A stretch of 64,000 nucleotides of DNA, taken from assembly GCA_964645485.1 (NCBI GenBank), contig CAZXZO010000002.1, positions 62,478-126,477 of the forward strand, given 5' to 3'. Positions 1 through 8,126 of this stretch are shown one piece after another; position 1 is the stretch's first letter; each line of letters starts with the position of its first letter. The DNA is from an uncultured Candidatus Poseidoniales archaeon. GTDB taxonomy: Archaea; Thermoplasmatota; Poseidoniia; Poseidoniales; Thalassarchaeaceae. Under the pieces are notes generated by a model that saw only the letters and a program-made list of their open reading frames with translations, was not told where the DNA came from and searched no databases. The position numbers were made by a program, and so were the translations under genes.

Positions 1-60
1 GATGAGTTTAAGGTCACATTTTGATCCCTGTTTAGCATTAAGCAAACGCTTCTTTGGCAT
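1..60 (-). CDS. Possible 5' end of a gene running off the left edge (MPKKRLLNAKQGSKCDLKLI...)
   Basis: ATG at 58-60 (reverse strand), open to the window edge. It is divergent from the 205 gene. Only 20 codons are visible. Confidence 0.25.
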   Translation of the reverse strand, partial: MPKKRLLNAKQGSKCDLKLI

Positions 61-204
61 TATACCCTTAGGGTATGTGAATTGCCGTTTGACGGATAAT
101 GTCACCCTGCTCACTCAAATAGGAAGAGACTTGCAGGTTTGTACTAGGAGCAATGGGCTCCAGGGGATGGGATCCTGACTGAAACAGAAGCGAAGTTAGC
201 AGAA

Positions 205-2814
205 TTGAAGAAGCAGGTCGTTGGTGGAAGCGATCATTCACTTGCTGAATTACGTCATGAAATCACTGGTACAGATTCACCATCTTTGGAGAGAGCCGGC
301 CAGATTACTAAGAATTTGACTAACGAAGAAGGTCTTCGCCGTAGCCTTGGAAGAGAACGCCGTCTTAGGTTGAAAGACCAAGCAGAAAGGCTCTCCGCTG
401 CTAAGGGCTCAATGGGCCGTGCTCTCCAGATGGAACACCAATCTATTCTCAAGAATCTTGAGTCAGAAATGCGGAGTGAGATGGAATCAGAACTTTCGCG
501 TCTAGAGAAAGAAACACTTGGTCGGGAAGAAGAGATATTACGCGAAGAATTGGATATGAGGCTTGAGCGTGAAGAGATATCACTTCGAGAGCAACTAGAG
601 GTTGAACGGGAACGCCGCCTAAGTGCAAGCCGTGAACAACTTCACTCACAACTTTCCAGTGATATGAACAAAGAGTTTGACCGTCGTCGCGCATTTTTAC
701 AGGAGAAAATGGAAATTGAGGCAACCCAAGCACTCCAGGAACAGTTGTCGAGTCTAGAATCAGAATTGAAAGAAGAGATGGAAGTTCAATTAAAGTCTGA
801 AGAGACACGCCAAGCAGAAATCATTGAAGCTGAGCAACATTCACGTCTTTCAGAAAGGGAAATACAACTCCGGGATGGAATTCGCCGTCGCCTTGAGGGG
901 CAATTACGCAGTCGTCTGCGCGCTCGCGAGGCTCGCCTCAGAAGCGAGTATGAACATCGCGCCCATAGAATGGAGGAAGAGATTGCAAAAGACCTCCAAG
1001 ACGAACTAGAGCAACGCCTTACATCGGAAACCGAACAACTCGAAGAGCGAATGCAACAAGATTTGGAGTTAGCAGTTGCGCGTAAACGCGATGAAGTGCG
1101 AGCATCCATTCTGAATGAACTTCAAACCCAGTATGGTGAACGAATCGCAGAACGGAAACAGCGTCTCCGTGAGCGTTATGACTTAACTTTCAGTCAGTCA
1201 ATTGATGAGATTGAACAAGCTCTAAACATCGAATTGGAAGATGTCCTTCAAGATCGAATGGAGGGTGAATTTGAAACTTACCGCCGTTCACGAGAATCTG
1301 AAATATCTAGTCGCCTATCTCGATTCCGCCATGATAGAGAAATTGAACTCCGACAACAACTAACTTCATCCTTTGAAGGTAGGAAGCAAGAATGGATTGA
1401 CCAATTAGAACAAGAATACCGCTCTAAGGAGTCAGCAGTACAACGACAAATTATGGCTGAGATTGATGCTCGAGTTCGTAACGAAAAGATATCTCAAGAG
1501 ACCTCACTTGACCTGTTAAAGCAGGAGACCTCAATGGAACTTGAGGTAGAGATGGAATCAAGACTACGAGAGTTTAGATCTAGAAAGGAAACAGAAGTAA
1601 CCGATCAATTAGAACGCCAACTTTCCAAGCGTGAAGAAATTATGCGTAACAAAGCCCTCATTGAAGTTCGCCGCCGTGAATCCGAAATACGTGCAGAAAT
1701 TGAAGCACAACTTGCAGTAAAGAGAGCAGAAATTCGTGAGCGTCTTGCAACACTTGAGCAACGCTCAGAAGAATTCAAACAAGTTGCAGAAGAAAAGATT
1801 CGAACACAACTTGAGCGTAATCTTGTTTCAGAGGAAGATTTGGAAGACCAAGTTCGCTTGCAGCAGTTAGAGGATGAGGCTGAAAACCTTGAGAATCAAG
1901 ATACAGTATTGGACCGCCGCCAGAGATGGATGGGTGCATTGGAAGGTGCCCAGGGCCAGATGCCTGAGACTGCTGTTCGCCAAGGTGGCCTTGTTGGAGG
2001 GGGCAGATTAGGACAACCAAAGTCATCAACTCTTGGTGGGCCTGCAAAGGCCTCGGCACCCCCCGCTCTTGGAGCAGGTGCTGGAGGGCGATTAGCACCT
2101 TCACGAGCACCTATTGGACAGGCTTCGGCAGCAACAGCGGCCACGCCAGCAACAAAAATTCCCAAACCATCAATCGGTTCAACTATGGCTGAGCGCTTAG
2201 CACCAGTCAGAGCGCCTATCAGGGTTGAAGGTGAAGCACCTAAAGAAACCCGTTCTCTAAGTGATATTGCAGAAGAAGTAGGACTACCTGCGCTTGAAAC
2301 AAAAGAACCCGAAGAACCTTCAGGCATTGACTCACCAAAAGAGACAATCGAAGATGATTGGGATAAGGATGAAGAATTAGAAATCAGTTCAGTAATTTCA
2401 GAATTAGCTACTCTAGAAGAAATAGATGCTCAATCTCAGTCACAACCTGAAGAACCAACCCCTGTATCAAGAGGTCCGCCAGGTGGAGGCAAATTGATTC
2501 GCGATGACGTGAATACAGAGGGAAGTGTAGAGACAAAACCAGTGCGCGGTCCACCCGGGGGCGGAAAACTAGTTCGAGAAAGGCCGGAACCTTCTGAGAG
2601 GAGTCCTCCAATTGATACCACAGATATTCCAGCAGAGATATTAAAGCCAGTTCGAAAGCCAGTATTACAACCAAAGAAAATTGAAACTGCTAACATTATT
2701 TCAATGACAGACCCCGTCAAAGTACTAGTTCCTGAAGCGGCTCCAAAAGTTGCAAAACTAACTCCGGTGACCACCACTTTAACTCCAATACAAAGTTCAG
2801 AAGAAGAAGAATGA
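205..2814 (+). CDS. Large E/R/L/Q-rich coiled-coil protein with a Pro/Gly/Ala-rich disordered C-terminal third; function unknown
   Basis: 869-codon ORF with a TTG start at 205. About 590 aa show heptad-like charged sequence. The C-terminal part has a duplicated RGPPGGGKL(I/V)R unit and ends SSEEEE. Confidence 0.8.
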   Translation: MKKQVVGGSDHSLAELRHEITGTDSPSLERAGQITKNLTNEEGLRRSLGRERRLRLKDQAERLSAAKGSMGRALQMEHQSILKNLESEMRSEMESELSRLEKETLGREEEILREELDMRLEREEISLREQLEVERERRLSASREQLHSQLSSDMNKEFDRRRAFLQEKMEIEATQALQEQLSSLESELKEEMEVQLKSEETRQAEIIEAEQHSRLSEREIQLRDGIRRRLEGQLRSRLRAREARLRSEYEHRAHRMEEEIAKDLQDELEQRLTSETEQLEERMQQDLELAVARKRDEVRASILNELQTQYGERIAERKQRLRERYDLTFSQSIDEIEQALNIELEDVLQDRMEGEFETYRRSRESEISSRLSRFRHDREIELRQQLTSSFEGRKQEWIDQLEQEYRSKESAVQRQIMAEIDARVRNEKISQETSLDLLKQETSMELEVEMESRLREFRSRKETEVTDQLERQLSKREEIMRNKALIEVRRRESEIRAEIEAQLAVKRAEIRERLATLEQRSEEFKQVAEEKIRTQLERNLVSEEDLEDQVRLQQLEDEAENLENQDTVLDRRQRWMGALEGAQGQMPETAVRQGGLVGGGRLGQPKSSTLGGPAKASAPPALGAGAGGRLAPSRAPIGQASAATAATPATKIPKPSIGSTMAERLAPVRAPIRVEGEAPKETRSLSDIAEEVGLPALETKEPEEPSGIDSPKETIEDDWDKDEELEISSVISELATLEEIDAQSQSQPEEPTPVSRGPPGGGKLIRDDVNTEGSVETKPVRGPPGGGKLVRERPEPSERSPPIDTTDIPAEILKPVRKPVLQPKKIETANIISMTDPVKVLVPEAAPKVAKLTPVTTTLTPIQSSEEEE

Positions 2815-2900
2815 GTGCAAAATAATTGAGTTGACCGTAGGTCATTTACTCAAAATCAACCTACCACCGCATTCAAAGGTAGAATGCTCCTCAACGGAGC

Positions 2901-5339
2901 ATGCGCGCCTCGCTGACCCTCTCATCCCTAATGCTCATTGGCGTTATGATTCCTCTACTTGCATCCACTACAGCATCAGCATCATCACTTGCAAATGCTG
3001 GTGTTGTATCTGATATTGACAGCCATTCAGTTGGGATGTGGCAAACTTATGATGGCTATTCGGTAGTCGTCAATGAAACAGGTTTCGTAATGGCATTAGA
3101 AATAAAAAATGATGGCACAGTGACTGAAGCATGGAATTACACATTAAATGTGTCAATTACCAGTGGAGCGATAGATAATTCTCAACACCGACTTGCTTTA
3201 GGTACTGATGCTGGGGTTCAGGTGATATCAACTGAATTCCATCAATTGCTATATTCAATCAACATCGTTGGAGGTGTTGACTCTCTTGGTTGGGATGGGA
3301 ATGGTGACTTATGGGTTGGTGATAGAGCCTATCGTTATGCGGCAGAGTATGACGACACAGCAGCGACGGGGGTCACAACTCAAACACATCTCATCAAAGT
3401 GACAGCAGTACTTGGCATGACAAATGGAAGTGTGATAACTGGAGGCAGAGATTCAATCGTTAGAGTCTCAGCACCAAATGGCTCTATGGTTCATGAGATG
3501 ATGGATATTCAAAGTGATGTTGCAGGATTGTATCTAATCGATGGCGGGGATACTCTAGTTACCACATCTACTACGGGTCAGTTGATAACATATTCAACTT
3601 CTGATTGGCAAAAGACTGGGGATATTTATCTATCCAGTGGCGGAATAATCAGAACAGTAGCCCAAAATTCGGATGGCACTTTAATTGTCGGGACTCACAA
3701 TGGCCATCTTACAATTTTAAATGGCACTGATTTGTCCGAAATGAGTAAATTTTCTTCACTAGGGGAGATTATCAGCGTAAAACTTGGCCAAGATAACTCC
3801 TTTTTCTTGTTGGCAACTTTCTCTGACAAATCTGATATTATCATGTTCGATTTAGATAGTGATGGAGATGAAGTTGTTGACGCGGTAGATGAATTCCCTA
3901 ACGATTCAACCCAACAAACAGATTCTGATGGCGATGGGTATGGAGATAACCAACTTGGAAACAACCCCGATAAATACCCTCAAGACCCGACCCAATGGTT
4001 AGATTCTGATGGCGATGGTCGTGGTGATAACGCCAGTGGGAATAATGGAGATTTATTTCCATTTAATCCAACTCAACATCAAGATAGTGATGGAGATGGA
4101 TATGGAGATAACCCATTAGGTCAAGATGCGGATGCATTCCCAAATGATATATCACAATGGTTAGATTCTGATGGTGACCAATTAGGTGACAACCCAAACG
4201 GTACCAATCCAGATGATTGCCCAACATCGGCTGGGAATTCATACAAGGACAGAAATGGCTGTCCTGATTCAGACAACGATGGCTATAGCGACCCTCGTGG
4301 TGATGACCAGGAGTGCTCATCAAATTATCCAAATGGGGCTGATGCATACCCACAGGATGCAACACAGTGGTGTGATACCGATGATGATAATTATGGAGAT
4401 AACTTAACCGGAAATAACCCTGATTGGTGTCCTGCAGAATGGGGTAACAGCACCCGTGGAATCTTTTTCGATACTGAAACTAATATTTATGTCACAATAC
4501 AGAGATTTGGTTGCATTGACAACGATGGAGATGGATACGAAGATAGCGGTGAGCAAGATGGGCTTACCGATTGGTCGAACAACAAGAGTGAATGGGTCGA
4601 CAGTGACCGGGACGGAGTTGGAGATAATGCCGACTGGGATGACCTTGACCCTACAGTTAACACGCTTGAACAGTATTGTGTCAAGAACCCAACAGATTAC
4701 TCTAATTGCGAATCCGTATACATTCCAGTAGATAATTCAAATAGTGAAGATGAAATGACAGCGAGTGAAAAGCGCTCGAAGTTAATGAAAGAATTCTTGA
4801 TTTATGGAGGTGGCATTGGAGTCGCTTTGATTGCAGGAATTTTAGCAGTGTGGGGATTAGTTGGAATTATTCGGACATCTATCGCAAAGCGAGCACCTGA
4901 TGCTCAATACAGCCACCAGGATGCGACAAAAGAGTTGCAAGCATTTGAAGAAGGAGAAGAATTTGAGACTCGCGGTGGAATCACAGAACAAAAAGGCTGG
5001 GAGGATGAAAAACTCGGTGATGGAGTTACTGAGGATGAATTATGGGACCTTGCTGAAGAAATCGAGAAACCATCCTCTGTCCCTGACTCAAGTATGTTTA
5101 CTGGTGAATCTGAATCACCTACGGAAGAGTCGGATGACACCTCAGAACCTGAGCCAGAACCTGAGCCAGAACCAGAACCAGTAGCAGTTGAGAGCCAGCC
5201 AACACCAGATACATCCGCGACTATTGAAATGCCAGAGGGTGCACCTCCTTTACCAGAAGGTGGATTACCAGCGGGTTGGACTACAGAGCAGTGGGTCTAC
5301 TATGGTCACCAGTGGTGGGATGCAAAGAACAAACAATGA
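2901..5339 (+). CDS. Secreted, C-terminally membrane-anchored protein: signal peptide, beta-propeller-like domain, thrombospondin-type-3-like Ca-binding repeats, one TM helix, acidic tail
   Basis: N-terminus MRASLTLSSLMLIGVMIPLLASTTASA. At least 9 copies of DSDGDG(Y/R)GDN-type DxDxDG motifs. TM helix FLIYGGGIGVALIAGILAVWGLVGII. The tail carries a (PE)n run. Confidence 0.85.
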   Translation: MRASLTLSSLMLIGVMIPLLASTTASASSLANAGVVSDIDSHSVGMWQTYDGYSVVVNETGFVMALEIKNDGTVTEAWNYTLNVSITSGAIDNSQHRLALGTDAGVQVISTEFHQLLYSINIVGGVDSLGWDGNGDLWVGDRAYRYAAEYDDTAATGVTTQTHLIKVTAVLGMTNGSVITGGRDSIVRVSAPNGSMVHEMMDIQSDVAGLYLIDGGDTLVTTSTTGQLITYSTSDWQKTGDIYLSSGGIIRTVAQNSDGTLIVGTHNGHLTILNGTDLSEMSKFSSLGEIISVKLGQDNSFFLLATFSDKSDIIMFDLDSDGDEVVDAVDEFPNDSTQQTDSDGDGYGDNQLGNNPDKYPQDPTQWLDSDGDGRGDNASGNNGDLFPFNPTQHQDSDGDGYGDNPLGQDADAFPNDISQWLDSDGDQLGDNPNGTNPDDCPTSAGNSYKDRNGCPDSDNDGYSDPRGDDQECSSNYPNGADAYPQDATQWCDTDDDNYGDNLTGNNPDWCPAEWGNSTRGIFFDTETNIYVTIQRFGCIDNDGDGYEDSGEQDGLTDWSNNKSEWVDSDRDGVGDNADWDDLDPTVNTLEQYCVKNPTDYSNCESVYIPVDNSNSEDEMTASEKRSKLMKEFLIYGGGIGVALIAGILAVWGLVGIIRTSIAKRAPDAQYSHQDATKELQAFEEGEEFETRGGITEQKGWEDEKLGDGVTEDELWDLAEEIEKPSSVPDSSMFTGESESPTEESDDTSEPEPEPEPEPEPVAVESQPTPDTSATIEMPEGAPPLPEGGLPAGWTTEQWVYYGHQWWDAKNKQ
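3848..4650 (+). repeat. In-frame tandem coding repeats (~80 bp / ~27 aa period) encoding DxDxDGxGDN calcium-binding loops
   Basis: Recurring gattctgatggcgatgg-like strings near 3921, 4001, 4081 and 4161, with degenerate copies further on. Confidence 0.7.
5145..5180 (+). repeat. Hexanucleotide-type microsatellite encoding (PE)6
   Basis: gaacctgagccagaacctgagccagaaccagaacca, translated EPEPEPEPEPEP. Confidence 0.8.
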
Positions 5340-5354
5340 GTTCTAACTGTTTTC

Positions 5355-5606
5355 TCAATGAAAATCAACTGGGATTCGAGTCTTTAATTCCCCTAATTCG
5401 GTGCCAGACAAAGCGGGCTTCCCATCTTTTTTGAGATTATTAACCAGTAACCAGAGTAATGTATTCCAGGTTTTCTTAGTAGCATGCAGTTCGATGGTAT
5501 TACACGCAGCAAGTTTGAGTAACTTATTCTCATCACTATCCTTGTTGAACAGTCCGTTCACTAAAGTACCCGAGTTAATCCAATATGCTGGAGCCTGTCC
5601 TTTCAT
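5355..5606 (-). CDS. Small hypothetical protein (83 aa) translationally coupled to the upstream RHH gene
   Basis: The minus strand reads CAGGAGTGAAAAAAATGAAA. This places a GGAG and the RHH stop codon just before the ATG at 5606. No family was recognised. Confidence 0.5.
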   Translation of the reverse strand: MKGQAPAYWINSGTLVNGLFNKDSDENKLLKLAACNTIELHATKKTWNTLLWLLVNNLKKDGKPALSGTELGELKTRIPVDFH

Positions 5607-5611
5607 TTTTT

Positions 5612-5854
5612 TCACTCCTGAAATGGTGAAAGTTCAAGTTTCGCAATTAATCCACTCACATCAATATCATCCATTGATCCAAGTGCTTGTTGAAGGGCAT
5701 CACTATCCCTACTAATCTGATTGAGTCGGTGCTCCTTCAATAATTGTTGAAGGAATTCGTCAACACTCTTGTAATTCCCCAATGCTCGCATTGAATTTAG
5801 TTGCCTTCTTACCTCAAAACTTACACTAATTGATGTCATATCTGGTGAACCCAT
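5612..5854 (-). CDS. Ribbon-helix-helix (CopG/Arc/MetJ-like) small DNA-binding protein
   Basis: TSISVSFEVRRQLNSMRALGNYKSVDEFLQQLLKEH fits the strand-helix-turn-helix RHH pattern. The protein is 80 aa and lies downstream of parA. Confidence 0.6.
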   Translation of the reverse strand: MGSPDMTSISVSFEVRRQLNSMRALGNYKSVDEFLQQLLKEHRLNQISRDSDALQQALGSMDDIDVSGLIAKLELSPFQE

Positions 5855-5969
5855 TTTATCACTTATTCACCGTGAATCAAGACATCTATAGAAGGATGAC
5901 GGTTACAAGAAGGAATAAAATTGTGATTTGCCATATAATCGCTTTACAGCCGATGTATCTTGTAGTACA

Positions 5970-6950
5970 TTATTCAGCTTGTTTTAAGTGATGTAATTTG
6001 AGTCTACTCGTCTCGTTTACACCGTATTTATAACGTAATTTTTTAACACGGTCTGAGACTTCTTTGGCTAATGACCAATATGCTTGTGAACCTTTATTTT
6101 TCTTGGTAGGCTTCTTTAAAATGACAACAGGAGCGCCTTCTAATGGTGCTTCTGCGATTGAAATTATTCTCGGAATCATTGTTCCAAATACTTGTTTGTC
6201 AAAGTGCCTTCTAACTTCAGATGAAACTGTGTTGCAAAGTCTAGTTTTTTGATACATCGTAAGTGCGATTCCAAATAATTTGAGATGAGGGTTAATTCTT
6301 CGTTGAATCAACTTGATTGAATTCATTAATTGGCTCATGCCTTCAAGGGCATAATATTCAGTCTGCACTGGAATCAATACCCAGTTTGCTGCAGCAAGGG
6401 CGTTAATGGTTAGTAAGCCAAGACTCGGCGGTGTATCGATAATGATGTAATCAAACTCATGAATTGCGCTTGCAAGCCCCTCTTTCAGCCGAGTTTCTCT
6501 ACCGATTCTAGTTGCCAATTCAATTTCAGCACCCGATAATTGAATGTTTGACGGCAGTAACCACAGATTTTCCACTTTGATATGCTTTGGAACCTTCCTC
6601 TCTTTCTTCGCCCCATCTTTTTCGTACCGATGTTGGTTTTTCCAAGCCTCACGCATTGAATCAGTCAGTATTTCAGGAGAAATCAAATATTCATCCAAAA
6701 TAGGGAGATCCTCTCCCAAGTCATTCATCAAAAGGTCGTATACAGTTCTACCGAGTTTACTTTTATCTACACCAAAAGAAGTAGATGCATTACCCTGAGG
6801 GTCAAGGTCTACGAGGAGAACTTTAGCAGGTTCTACACCCCTAGCAGGATTACCTTCTGCCAATGATGTTGCTAGGTTAACCGCGGTGGTAGTTTTCGCA
6901 CAACCCCCTTTCTGGTTGGTGCATGCAATGACCATTTTGTACGGGTCCAT
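5970..6950 (-). CDS. parA: ParA/Soj-family partition ATPase (deviant Walker A)
   Basis: NQKGGCAKTTTAVNLA, DLDPQGN and IIIDTPPSLG motifs. It has an internal insertion and a basic C-terminal extension. Confidence 0.9.
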   Translation of the reverse strand: MDPYKMVIACTNQKGGCAKTTTAVNLATSLAEGNPARGVEPAKVLLVDLDPQGNASTSFGVDKSKLGRTVYDLLMNDLGEDLPILDEYLISPEILTDSMREAWKNQHRYEKDGAKKERKVPKHIKVENLWLLPSNIQLSGAEIELATRIGRETRLKEGLASAIHEFDYIIIDTPPSLGLLTINALAAANWVLIPVQTEYYALEGMSQLMNSIKLIQRRINPHLKLFGIALTMYQKTRLCNTVSSEVRRHFDKQVFGTMIPRIISIAEAPLEGAPVVILKKPTKKNKGSQAYWSLAKEVSDRVKKLRYKYGVNETSRLKLHHLKQAE

Positions 6951-7049
6951 CTCTCTCTCCCCCCTCGTGTGGTACGGGCTCTGCTTTGAACCTTAATCAT
7001 AACCGCGATTGATTGTGTGCTCAAGTGGCATAAAAGCCGTCAATCTGAA

Positions 7050-8051
7050 TCAAGCAGTTTGGATTACTGGGACAGGTACTTCAGAGAGAATCTTGCGAGT
7101 AATGTGCATGCCTGTGATTCCCCGAATCTTTGCTTCTGGCTTTAGCATGATTCTGTGACTAATAATTTGGAGTGCAACACCCTTGATGTCATCTGGAATC
7201 ACATAGTCTCGGCCATCAATTGCTGCTGATGCACGACCAGTCTTGAACAATGATTGGCTAGCACGCGGAGAAGCACCGGTGATTACCCTGTGATCTTCAC
7301 GGGTTCTCTGGACAACTTCAACAATATAAGAGAGAATTGCTGGGTCTATGTGCACGGTTTCCAGTGCCTTTTGCATTGCCACCACTTTCTTTGGAGAAGT
7401 GATTTGTTGAACATCGTGGTCATCCTTTCCTCGCAATTTTCTGCGAGCTAAAATCGCCTTTTCTTCGGAACGGTCTGGGTAACCCATAGACATCTTCATC
7501 AAAAATCGGTCCATTTGTGCTTCTGGTAGAGGATAGGTTCCTTCTTGTTCAATTGGATTTTGAGTAGCCAATACAACAAACGGTGCTGGTAATTTGTGGG
7601 TAATACCTTCGATTGTAACTTGCTTTTCTTCCATTGCCTCAAGCAGAGCAGCCTGAGTCTTCGGCGGTGCACGGTTTATTTCGTCAGCGAGAAGAATGTT
7701 TGAGAATAGAGGTCCAGGTCGAAGTTTGAATTCTCCAGCCTTTTGGTCATACATGTAAGTCCCCATAATATCTGAAGGTAGCAAGTCAGGTGTGAATTGA
7801 ACACGCTTGAATTTACAACCCAGTGCTCTTGCGAATGTGTTTGCAAGTAGTGTCTTTGCTAGTCCAGGGAAATCTTCTAGCAGCATATTTCCATTGGAGA
7901 GAATACCTATACTTACCTTCCTCAAGTTCTCTTGTTTTCCTATGATGACTTTTGATACTTCATTCATCAATCCGTTTGAAATTGCACTTACAGTTGCAAT
8001 CAAATCTCGGGTTCGTCCGTCCCCTCCCATAGTAGTCTGCATTGCCATCAC
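7050..8051 (-). CDS. MoxR-family AAA+ ATPase
   Basis: LLEDFPGLAKTLLANTFARALG...RVQFTPDLLPSDIMGT and LADEINRAPPKTQAALLEAMEE. Confidence 0.9.
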   Translation of the reverse strand: MMAMQTTMGGDGRTRDLIATVSAISNGLMNEVSKVIIGKQENLRKVSIGILSNGNMLLEDFPGLAKTLLANTFARALGCKFKRVQFTPDLLPSDIMGTYMYDQKAGEFKLRPGPLFSNILLADEINRAPPKTQAALLEAMEEKQVTIEGITHKLPAPFVVLATQNPIEQEGTYPLPEAQMDRFLMKMSMGYPDRSEEKAILARRKLRGKDDHDVQQITSPKKVVAMQKALETVHIDPAILSYIVEVVQRTREDHRVITGASPRASQSLFKTGRASAAIDGRDYVIPDDIKGVALQIISHRIMLKPEAKIRGITGMHITRKILSEVPVPVIQTA

Positions 8052-8126
8052 TCCGTTCTACAAAAACCGACCCGCCCAATTCGTACTAAAGGGTTGGGGG
8101 TTGAAACATCAACCACAATTCACTGG

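Noticed and set aside
786-2327. Several antisense ORFs (786..1109, 1775..2110, 1896..2327, all minus) inside the coiled-coil gene
   Set aside because: The GAA/GAG-rich sense strand gives long stop-free antisense frames (Ser/Leu/Arg-rich). These are shadow ORFs.
3848-4650. Periodic DNA repeats considered as a CRISPR array or mobile-element remnant
   Set aside because: The repeats are in frame, degenerate and encode DxDxDG calcium loops of a single long ORF. There is no spacer/repeat regularity and no cas genes.
5401-5715. 104 aa plus-strand ORF
   Set aside because: It overlaps both small minus-strand genes. Those genes have an RBS, coupling geometry and an RHH-like sequence, whereas the plus-strand product looks like hydrophobic antisense noise.
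5355-8051. ParA/RHH/MoxR region considered as an integrated plasmid or provirus
   Set aside because: There is no integrase, transposase, replication gene or att-like direct repeat. The flanks are core translation genes and composition looks uniform by eye.
7050-8051. MoxR lacking its usual VWA/DUF58 partner
   Set aside because: Partner genes may be elsewhere. Absence from a single window is not informative.
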